A DNA stretch of 64,000 nt from assembly GCF_018350175.1 (NCBI RefSeq), contig NC_058368.1, forward strand, positions 135,596,001 through 135,660,000, given 5' to 3'. Under the pieces are notes generated by a model. It was not told the DNA's origin, made no database searches, and saw nothing but the letters and a program-made list of their open reading frames with translations. A program made the translations under genes and the position numbers. Each line of letters opens with the position of its first letter. The stretch's first letter is position 1. Positions 45,284-64,000 of the stretch are shown piece after piece. This stretch comes from Felis catus (lineage: Eukaryota).

Positions 45284-48053
45284 GGTTGGCTTGGGGAGAC
45301 AGAATTTATTGAAAAAGGGGCAAGGGGCATCTTTTTGAAGTAATGGAAATGTTCTATATCTAGATCTAACATAGGTGTATATAATTGGCAACATCCTTTA
45401 ATTATAACTTACTTATTGCACTTGTGTAAGTGTACCTATAATTTGCTAGTGAGTATTCATTTAGAAGCTACTATATGCTAGGCACTGTATAAACAGTTTA
45501 CATAATCATCTGTATTTTTTTTCTCCTCATACTCTGGTGTTATCATATACTAAGTTTGCTTTAACTGATCTAGTTCAATAATGCAGGCTGGTGGAGAAGA
45601 TTTTTTCAGGTACATTTTGTTCCACTTTATTGCCATCTTCCACTTGAATTTAAAGACCAAGGAGATTTCCCCCTGCAACAAAGTATAGTACACAGATCTA
45701 TCAATGTTAATACTCACCTAGTTACGGGAAACATAAGAAAATAATACATTCAATGGTTTATGGCTTTTTAGACATTCAGTAAATTCATTCATACTCAACA
45801 AGAATTTGTGGGAGTCCTTCTTACCAAGACACGGCTATAGGGATAAAGTCATAAGTGAAACAAAGTCCTGCCCTAATGGAGCTGACTTTCTAATCGAGGA
45901 GACAGACTAATATGTGAAAAATAGTTTGTGATAGTTGAGAAAAGCAATAATTTATTGGCCCCTTATCATGTATCAGATGGGCAATGTTCCAAGCAACAAA
46001 TACAGAATTACCCCCACTTTCTTGATGAGGAAACTAAGGCAGGAAAAGGTTAATTTAGCTTGCCCCAAGCCATACACCTAGTAAGTGGTAAAGTCGACTT
46101 TTCAAACCAGGCACTCCGGTTTCAGGACTAACACTCCACTGGAGCACAACACAAGGATAGAGAGTAACATGGTGCTGGAGAATGGCCAAAGAGGATCTCC
46201 GTGGAAAAAAACCTGAGAACCTGATTTAAGTAAGGAGGCAAACAATATCTAGAATTCTAGACTATTCTACCCATACCCAGTGTTCTAGACTGAGCATCAA
46301 ATGCAAGGCATCTGGGGCAGGAGGTGCTTAACATGCGAGAAGAAGAGCAGGAAAACCAGTGTGAAAGCAAATCAGGCAGGTGGTGTGGTCAGGACATGGC
46401 AAGCCTGTAGAGGGCCTGGAGGAAGGGACTTACTGAGCTGATAGGTTTCAAGAGGATCAGCGTGGGAGAGTGACAGTGCAACCTTGAGGAGAGTTAGAAG
46501 GCTTTTGCCAAGCCCCAGTGAGAGAGGATGGTGATTTGAACTATGTGACATGTTCATTGCCTCATATTTGTAAGTTTGCCATTTAAAGTTAAAAAAAAAA
46601 AAAAAAAAGACACAAACCCTTTCTTCAACACACTCGTTACAGCAGAGAAGATAAGATGAAAATAACTATAATTCAAGATTTGGAGAGATTTGGTGCCATA
46701 AGGGAGTGGTAAAATTCAGTATGGAGAGGTCACTTTTAGCTGAAGGAGGTGGCATTTGACAAATCCAAAGAACTGGTGGAAATAAGACGGCAAGGGGCTT
46801 AATTCCATCAGAGTGAACTGCGTAAACCCATTAGTATTTCAGTTTTGCATAATCATGGCTTTCGCATATGAAATTCTTAGGCCTGTGATTAGAAGGTTTA
46901 AGAGGAGGGCGCTGAGGGTACTTGAATACCAGAGTACAAGTTAACCATAGACCTCTAGGTAATCCTATGGGGGTGTTATTGTCTAGCCCTGTGAAAAACG
47001 TTAGCTAAATGATACATACTTTTCAAGTGGAGTGTCCCATTTGGGTTTGCTTTGATTTTCCATAGAAGCAAGATAGGAATGCCTAATCTGAAAGGCTGCA
47101 AGTTGATACAGTGGGCTGGACGCTGGCCTAGGAATCACCACAGCCGTGATCTAAGGGCTGGTCACTTGTTCTCAGATGTAAAATGATGGGGTTTGGATCC
47201 AGTGAACATAAGATTATCCCTTTCATTCCTATGAAATTAAGGCAATAGTTCTATTTATTTTTTATTTTCTTTTAAGGTTTATTTATTTACTTTGGGAGAG
47301 AGAGTGAAAGCAGGGAAGGGGCACAGAGAGAGGGAGAGGGAGGATCCCAAGGAGATCCACACTGCCAGCGCAGAGCCTGACCCGGGGCTCAAATTCAAAC
47401 CCTGAGATCATGACCTGAGCCCAAATCAACAGTTGAATGCTTAACCTACTGAGACACCCGGGCGCCCGGGGACAATAGTTCTATTTTTTTATATAATTTT
47501 TTTAATGTATATTTTTGAGAGAGAGAGAAGCTTGATCGTGAGCAGATGGGGGCAGGATCGGGGAGTGGGGAAGAGGAGGGGGGGAAGGGAGCAGAGAGAG
47601 GCAGAGACCCAGAATCGGAAATCCCAGACTCCAGACTCTGAGCTGTCAGCACAGAACCCCACGCAGGGCTCGCACTCACGAGCCATCATGACCTGAGCCA
47701 AAGTCTGTCACTTAACCAACTGAGCCACTCAGGTGCCCCAAGGCAATTGTTCTAAATTAATGTACGGGAACTTTTTTGTTAAAGGCACCTACCTATTTAG
47801 ATAAAAGATGCATTAATGGCCTAATATGTATAAAGCAGAGTGGATGACGCAAAGAGGTCTGATAGGGCCTCTGTCCTTACAGTAAAGCAATAGTTACTGA
47901 GCATATAAAAATAAGTGAATGAGGGGTGTCTGGGTGACTCAGTCGATTAAGCATTGACTCTTGGTTTCGGCTCAAGTCATGATTTCTGCGCTCGTGAGTT
48001 CAAGCCCCAAGTCAGGCTCTGCGCTGACAGTGCAGCTCCTGCTTGATGTTCTC

Positions 48054-48058
<5 letters not shown>

Positions 48059-48102
<44 letters not shown>

Positions 48103-48134
48103 TATATATGTATATATATTGTATACATATATAT
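48059..48134. repeat. (TA)n microsatellite
   Basis: Direct reading. Confidence 0.9.
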
Positions 48135-51100
48135 GAGAAAGAAGAGATTGATGTTGGGAAAAAGACGAAGGAAATATCGCTCTGAGTTCAGAAGAGAAAG
48201 AAAACTCTCCTGGGAGATTAGAAAAACCTTTATGGAGAAGAAGGCATACATTGTTAATAGGAAAAATCAGTGGAATTCACGATGATTTTGAACTAGACTT
48301 GTCCTCATCCTGGCCACATGACAAAGCGGGCTTAAACTCTGAGCTTCAGCTTCCTCAGGAGCATCACAGAGTTTTTGCAGGATCAGTGGCACCTTTCATC
48401 TACTCCCCACCTCTGACTCTACCCAACAGCTGATTGTAGAGTTCAGCTGGGCACCATTGCAAGACGTAACTTGTGCTGTAAAGCTTCTGCTCTGGACCAG
48501 CCCCCAGGTTACTTAGCCACAGTCTCAGAGCCTCAGGCTACACAGCTTTACTAGACTAGTCACTCCACAAAGACTGACTTCTGTGCAGAGCAAGTCAGAT
48601 CACATCGGTAGTGGACTGCCGAAGAGAAGCCTGACTTCAGTTTCCAGGACTAGCACAGGCCCTCTCTCATTCTCCCTCACGCCTCTTTGGCCCTTCCTCT
48701 TCTTCATTCCCTTTTAACTGCCTCAGCCTTCTTGGCATCCCTTAACTCAGCACAGTAACTAAAGTTACTACAAGGACTGAAATTAGGCCTCGGAGGCGCC
48801 TGTCTGACTCATCGGAGGAACGTGTGACTCCTGATCTCAGGGTCGTGGATTTGAGCCCCATGTTGGGCATAGAAATTACTTTAAAAAAAAAAACATAAAC
48901 TTAAAATTTTTTTTAATGTTTGTTTATTCTTGAGAGAGAGAGCGACAGAGCCCGAGCAGCAGAGGGGCAGAGAAAGAGGGAGACACAGAATCCGAAGCAG
49001 CCTCTGAGCTGCTCAGGCTCCAGGCTCTGAGCTGTCAGCAGAGAGCCTGACACAGAGCTCGAACTCACAGACCGTGAGATCCTGACCTGAGCTGACGTCG
49101 AGTCGGACACTTAACCGACTGAGCCACCCAGCACCCCTCTTCCCTTTATTCTTAATGTTATATGCCAGCACAGCGTGTTATGGGATCAGTGTTTTGTTCA
49201 TTTATTTTGCAGAGTGATCAGATGTGAATTCATGAAACTATGTTCTTTGGTCCTGGGAAGTTTTCTTGTATTGTTTATTTAACAGTATCCTCTGTGAATT
49301 TTCTCTGGTTTATTTTTCTGGAACTATTAGTTGTATATTAGACCTTGTGGAATGATCCTCTAATTTTCTTTTCTTTTCTATAGTCCATCTCTTTGTCTTT
49401 TTATCCTTTTTTTCCTGGGAAATTTCTGTGACTTTCTCTTTCAAACCTATTGCATTTTTAATTTTTGCTGTCATATTTTTAAGCTTGCAGTGCTGTCTTA
49501 TAAACTTACTTGTGGATGCATTATTTTTATTTTTCTGATGATATGGGTGGTAACTTTTTTTTTATTTTTTAGCTTTCTACTTGAATTGCTTGTTCATTTG
49601 AAGTTTCTTTTTGTTTGTTTTGGTCTCTTTCAAGTTGGAGCATGTCCTCAAATGTCTGGTGCTCAATGGCTGGCTATTAATAGTTTTTGTTTGTTTATTT
49701 GTCTCTTATTTTATTTTTTTATACTTATTTATTTTTCAGAGAGAGAGAGAGCACAGAGGAGGGGCAGAGAGAGAGGGAAAGAGAGAGCATTCAAAGCAGG
49801 CTCCACGCTCTCAGCACAGAGCCCAATGTGGGGCTCGAATCCACAAGCTGTGAGATCATGACCTGAGCTGAAGTCGAACATTTAACTGAACTGAGCCACC
49901 CAGGTGCCCCAGTTTGTTTGTTCTTTAAATGTTTATTTATTTTTGAGGGAGAGCACACCTGCACATGTGTGTGAGTGGGGGAGGGACAGAGAGAGAGGAG
50001 GACAGAGGATCTGTAGCAGGCTGTGTACTCAGCAGACAGCCTGATGCAGGGCTCGAACTCACAAACCATGAGATAATGACCTGAGCCAAAGTTGGATGCT
50101 TAACCAACTGAGCCATTCAGGCGCCCCTGTATATTAATGATTAAGAGTAAAACACTAAAATTGACTAGAAGCTCTGTGTCAGCATGCCAGCATGTCAAGT
50201 AATGAGCATCACTTTCAGGGTGACCCAGCCATTTCTTTGGGTAGTCTACCCATCAGTATTTTTGAGATTTTTCTTTTCTCTTGGGCAGGTCCACTCCCCA
50301 GAGAGGCAAGGCCTTATCTCATTTTGGAGGATATAACTTCAGCTACCTGCATTTAGGGGACTGAGTGGAAGAAAGGAACTGGAGGTCTCGCCATTTGGTG
50401 TGGAGAATTTTACTTCATCCTCTCTCAACTTGCCCAGCACCCGAATCCAGAGTTCCTTTAGTTCAGCCTCTCCAAACATAAACTTCCAGTCAGCTGGGAC
50501 CAGAAAGACGCTATGCTCTCGCTGCCCTCGAATGTGTAGGAGGGAATCAACTAATTCTGTTTCAGCTCCACCTACACCACCACTTTCACAGGCTCCTGGT
50601 ACTCCCCATTCCTGAAACCTGCCGGAGCCTATAGCAAGATTCAGTTTGCTTCTTGGTTTCCCACCACTAGCTTAGATTTCAACTTTCTTGGGCTCTCTGG
50701 TACTTCCATTACCACTTTTTGATTTGCTTTCCTGCTTCCAAAATGTTGGCATTATTGTCTCCTCACCTATCCTTGAGAGTTACACGTTTTACTGTCTTCA
50801 GGGAGAAACAGAGACTATGTATATTCAGTCTGTCATGTTAAACCACTATTCCCTCAGTGAGCCATCCATCGCCTTCTGTTTTCTGAGACAACACTGATCT
50901 CCAACCTCTCTGATCTTATTGCCCAATTTTCTTAACGGACTTCTCCCATTTGGTTCAGTTTTAAATATGGAGTGCCCCAGGGCTTGCTCTTGGCATCTAG
51001 GCTTCTTTACATTCCTTCTCTGGATGACCTCCTCTGTGTTAGGATTTAAATACCACTTACAGCCAATGAAGACTTAAGCTCCCTCCCTGGGCTCTGCCCA

Positions 51101-52113
51101 GTGGACCTCTCCTCCCCCATACCTTTAAACATTCCAAATGTAGCAGAATTCTTGATCTCCTACTCACAACCTGCCACCCATTAAAAGCTGCTCCTCTCTT
51201 AGTCTTTCTGTTTCAGTTACTCAGGTCAAAACCTGGGAGTTACACTTTACTTATTATTATTTAAAGTTTTATTCATTAAGTAATCTCTACATCCAATGTG
51301 GGGCTTGAACTCAAGACCCTGAGATCAAGAGTCGCATGCTTATCTGACTGAGCCAGCCAGGTGCCCCTGGGAATTACCCTTGACTCCATTTTCTCTCACT
51401 CCCAAGTATGTAAATCATCAAGACCCAGCAATAGTCTTTTTTTTTTAATAGATTTTTTTTAATGTTTTATTTTTGAGAGGGAGACAGAGTGCAAGTGGGG
51501 GATGGTCAGAAAGAGAGGGAGACACAGAATCCAAAGCAGGCTCCAGGCTCCAGGCTCTGAGCTGCCAGCCCAGAGCCCAATACTGGGCTCGAACTCACGA
51601 CCCTGAGATCAAGAGTCGCATGCTTATCTGACTGAGCCACCCAAGCGCCCCTCCTACAATAGTTTCTTAATGGCTCCTCTGGCTGTTCTTTTCCTTCCTC
51701 CTGCTTCCCTCCTCCTCCCCACCTACATACATTATCTCCATAGTAACTAAGGTAATCTTTTTGAAAGATGGATTATGCCACAGTTTGGCTTGAAACCCTC
51801 CAAAAGCTTGTGCTGCATTTACATAGCCCAGACTCTTTACCTTGCTTTACAAAGACTTGTGTAATTTTATTCTTTCTAATTTCTTCAATCTCATTTTCAC
51901 TCTATCCCCCATACTCTAGCTACACGCTTTTCTGAATATGACAAATTCATTGCTATCCCTGGGTATTTAAAAGGCTATTTCCTCTATCTGGAATGTTCTC
52001 CTATTTGTCATTTAAACCTCACCTTAACCTAGGAATTATGTCACCTTCTCAGACCATCCCTGACTACCAAGTCCAAGGTAGCTACCAAGTTACTCTATTT
52101 ATATCACTTTCTT

Positions 52114-52336
52114 GGGGCGCCTGGGTGGCGCAGTCAGTTAAGCGTCCGACTTCAGCCAGGTCACGATCTCGCGGTCCGTGAGTTCGAGCCCCGCGTCGGG
52201 CTCTGGGCTGATGGCTCAGAGCCTGGAGCCTGTTTCCGATTCTGTGTCTCCCTCTCTCTCTGCCCCTCCCCCGTTCATGCTCTGTCTCTCTCTGTCCTAA
52301 AAATAAATAAAAAACGTTGAAAAAAAATTAAAAAAA
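52114..52336 (+). mobile_element. Young Felis-type SINE
   Basis: TSD ATATCACTTTCTT at 52101-52113 and 52337-52349. Confidence 0.92.
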
Positions 52337-52777
52337 ATATCACTTTCTTTTCATTCTCTTCATTCACTTAGTAGTATCTGACTTTTCTTTTTTTCACTTT
52401 GTTTACTTATTTACCTGTTCTCTCTCTCTCTCTCCCTCTCTCTCTCTCTGTCTCTCTCTCTTTCTCTTTCTATCTCCCTCTTACTGGAATATAAGGTTTG
52501 TGAGAATGAGGCACTTCTCTGTTTTGTTCAGAGATATATTCCTAGCACTTAGAACAGGGCCTGGTATGTAGTCAGCCCTATTAACTTGGCCAGAGGAGAG
52601 AACATTGAGTTCACTGACTTCACACTGTATAGTTAGCTCACTTAGGAGGAAGACACACACATTTTTAAATATTGTAAAGAAAGGAGGTGATCCATGGTAC
52701 TTAATGCTAATTAAGCAAAACAAAACAAAACCCAAAACTAGCATATTGAATGAGTCTATAGGTATGTACGTAGTTGG

Positions 52778-52882
52778 CAAGATTTCTCAACTCTGGCTCT
52801 ACCAGACTATTGACATTTTGGGCTGAATAATTATTTGTGTATGTGTTTGGGAGGGTGGGAGCTGTCCTATGCATTGTAGGAA
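52778..52882. mobile_element. MER20-like DNA transposon fragment
   Basis: ttctcaac...actattgacattttgggctgaataatt...gctgtcctatgcattgtagga. Confidence 0.6.
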
Positions 52883-53456
52883 AAGCTGTGGGAACTGTCC
52901 CAGATTAAAGGAAGCTAAATGCAACATCTGGCTCTAGACTGCATCCTCTACTGGAGGAGGGAAGACGCTGTAAGTGACATTATTAGATCAACTGACAAAT
53001 CTGGAATATAAACTAGGTTGCCTTTAATATTGTAATAAAGTAAACTTATGAGGCACCTCAGTTGGTTAAGCTGCTGACACTTGATTTTGGCTCAGGTCAT
53101 GATCTCATGGTGCATGAGATTGAGCCTTGAGATAGGCTTTGTGCTGATAGTTCCGAGCCTGCTTGGAATTCTCTCTCTCCCTCTCTCTGTGCTCTTCACC
53201 TGCTCATGTGCATGCACATGTGCACTCTCTCTCTAAAAATAAGCATTTGGGGCGCCTGGGTGGCGCAGTCGGTTAAGCATCCGACTTCAGCCAGGTCACG
53301 ATCTCGCGGTCCGGGAGTTCGAGCCCCGCGTCAGGCTCTGGGCTGATGGCTCGGAGCCTGGAGCCTGTTTCTGATTCTGTGTCTCCCTCCCTCTCTGCCC
53401 CTCCCCCGTTCATGCTCTGTCTCTTTCTGTCGCAAAAAAATAAATAAACGTTGAAA

Positions 53457-53487
<31 letters not shown>

Positions 53488-53674
53488 ATACAAATAAACA
53501 TTAAAAACAGTATACTTATGAAGTTGATAACTGTATTGTGGTTATATATGAGATTATCCTTTTTTCTTAGGAAATGCACACCAAAGAATTAAGGGATAAA
53601 GGGCTGTAAGTATGTATAACTTACCATCCAATGTTTCAGGAAGAAACAAATTTTTCATAGAGTTCATTAATTTT

Positions 53675-53711
<37 letters not shown>

Positions 53712-54120
53712 CAAGCAGGAGAGGGGTAGAGAGAGGAAGAGAGAATCCCAAGAAGGCTTTGTGCTGACAGCAAGATCGATTTTGCAAATCCTGAGATCAT
53801 GACCTGAGCTGAAATCAAGAGTCAGAGGCTTAACCAGCTGAGCCAGCCACCCAGATGCCCCAGGAAGAAAATTTTTATATGCAGTGAGACATAAAGATAT
53901 ATATAGAAAGAGAGAAAAATAAATGATAAAGCAAATGAAGTAATATGTTAAGGGTACTTGAATCTGGGCAAAAGGTATATGTATGTTCTTTGTAATAATT
54001 TTGTTTGCAACTTTCCTAAAGTTGAAATCATTTTCAAATAAAAAGCTAAAATAAAAGATTGGCTTTGGGAAGCAATTGGATTAAAGTAATCTAGCGGGTT
54101 AAAAAGCTGACAATATTCTT

Positions 54121-54324
54121 TTTAATGTTTACTTATTTTTGAGAGAGAGAGAGTGAGTGAGTGAGTTGGGGAGGAGCAGAGCGAGAGGGAGACACAGACT
54201 CCAAAGCAGACTCCGAGCGGCCAGCACAGAGCCTGACGGGGGCGGGGGTTCGAACCCACGAACCGTGGGATCCTGACCTGAGCCGAAGTCGACGCTAAAC
54301 CGACTGGGTCACCCAGGCGCCCCG
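54121..54324 (-). mobile_element. SINE upstream of the CCNB1 promoter
   Basis: TSD AAGCTGACAATATTCTT at 54104-54120 and 54325-54341. Confidence 0.9.
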
Positions 54325-54759
54325 AAGCTGACAATATTCTTAACATACAATTTGTGCTGTGGAAACTTCAGGGATCCAAAAAATAGCCAAAGTTTCGTTC
54401 CCACGTAATTCATTTTGTGATCCTGGGAAAGTCACCCAAACCCTCTCTGAGCTTCAGTTCCTCCACCCCAGGAATGAAAACAAATGAAAGATATTCAAAT
54501 CAAATGAAAGAATGTATTTTAAACCCTTTCCTGCTACAGTCCACTGCAGAAGAGGAAAGTGTGTAACAATAAGCAAGATCACAGCCATAACTGCTTCTCA
54601 GTTTCTCCAACCCTCGCTGCCCCACTGGCACTTTTCAGAGGCCACCAGCCACTCCCTGGGCGAGCTCCCGCTGCGCTCAAGGTCTCCTCTCCAGGCCGGC
54701 GGCACACTGCCTGCTCGCCTCTCCAGGTGGCAGCACAGCTGCCCGAGAGCAGAGGCCTG

Positions 54760-54891
54760 GCCCCGCCCCCTCTCGAACGTCTCCGCGGGATCGCCCAGGA
54801 AACGCATTCTCGGAGGAACAGGCAGCCGCCAATGGGAAGGGAGCGAGTGCCACGAACAGACCAATGAGGAGGGAGCAGTGCGGGGTTTAAA
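54760..54891 (+). promoter_or_regulatory. CCNB1: CCNB1 G2/M core promoter: GC box (54760-54769), two CCAAT/NF-Y boxes (54829, 54861; 32 bp apart) and a CHR-type TTTAAA (54886-54891)
   Basis: Motifs seen directly inside a CpG island (about 54600-55450); architecture matches the known cyclin B1 promoter. Confidence 0.88.
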
Positions 54892-55030
54892 CCTGAGGCT
54901 GGGTACTGCTCCTCCCGGCGTGCTGCGGTGGAACGACTGTTGGTCTGCGGTGCGTTCAGGTCCCCGGCTCTTCGGTGGCTCCCGTGCTCTGCTTCTCCCC
55001 GTTGAGCTGCTGCCTGGTGAAGAGGAAGCC

Positions 55031-63005
<7,975 letters not shown>

Positions 63006-63595
63006 CTTGTAAACTTGAGTTGGAGTACTATAATAACTACAAATAAAATTGGCACCATGTGCCATCTGTACATATTATATGTTACGTTTACTTACTTTTA
63101 ATAAAGTTTGTGGTCCTTTTTATTTCTTACACCTTAACTCATTTGAATGTGGCTACTTCCTACTCAAGGGTAACCAAAAAGGTGTGTTAAAGATACGATG
63201 GGGAATATAAAAAGTGCTTTCAGTTTATTGGGACCCAGCACATATATATAATTGTTACTTGTGTGGTGTTTGTTTTATGTACCTGGCTTTGCATTCTTGT
63301 ATGAATTACTATGGTCATGAAGGCATTTAAAGCCGTTCTCTAGGGCATACTGCATGTAAGCCCAATTATCTTGGAGAATATGCTGCCTTATTCTGTCAAA
63401 GATCTGCCACCTTACCCCTAGTCCTCCTGTTTTCTGTTTCTTGTGGTGGTTGCTGCCATAATTCTAAGTTGTTTTTACTTCTACCACTATTTCTTAAACT
63501 ATCAACTTTTTTATTTGCAAAAATAAGAACTTTATATTCTACACTTTTTCACTTTCTTGATTGATCAAATAAAAGCAGATCCTCAAAACACATAA
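63006..63595 (+). promoter_or_regulatory. CCNB1: CCNB1 3'UTR with three AATAAA signals (63042, 63100, 63568), a Pumilio element TGTACATA (63067) and CPE-like motifs
   Basis: Motifs seen directly; TTTTAAT overlaps the second AATAAA. Confidence 0.75.
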
Positions 63596-64000
63596 AAGTA
63601 TCTAAAAAAAAAAGTTAATTTACTCCCCACCCCCTACTCTTACAGCTCAATCCCATCCATCTGAAGGCACCAACAACAGTTTGGGGTGTATCCTTCTTTG
63701 CTTCTATAAATACAAATATGCTTATAAATAAGTTGTTAGGGGGATTTCTAAAAAATGGAATCATTCTATATATAAGCAATTCCTTTTAACATGTATAGGC
63801 CTTACCTGTGTGTGGGCATTTCCATTCCATAATATGGATAAACTATAGGTTATCCATTCTGTTGATCTTCCTCTTTGCTCCTACAGATAAACCTGTTGAT
63901 CATTAAATACCATGCTTTCCTTTTTGTACTCTGGGTTCGCTAGGTATGTGCATTCTAAGTTTTGGCAGGTGCTGCCAGATGACTCTCAAGTGTCATCAGC

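Overview
Mammalian genomic DNA, almost certainly felid, judged from the dense carnivore tRNA-derived SINEs (including young Felis-type copies) and cat-type L1. Two + strand spliced genes are present. SLC30A5 (zinc transporter ZnT5) has exons 2-16 at 8938-40169, with exon 1 upstream of the window. CCNB1 (cyclin B1) is complete: NF-Y/CHR promoter at about 54760-54891 and 9 coding exons at 55031-63005, 427 aa. Most entries in the ORF track are SINE/L1 artefacts. Notable structure read from the sequence: (1) a U12-type GT-AG intron in SLC30A5; (2) a full-length antisense L1 with a 16-bp TSD, two frameshifts, a double poly(A) tail and an antisense 5'UTR ORF; (3) a polyadenylated internal 28S rRNA retrocopy inside a four-layer nest of retro-insertions; (4) a 90-bp inverted templated copy of local DNA inside a SINE; (5) an apparent gene-conversion tract between neighbouring SINEs. 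I see no evidence for a wholly new gene system; the novelty is in retrotransposition/repair footprints and possible isoform effects. Family names and orthologue comparisons are from memory, not from database searches.
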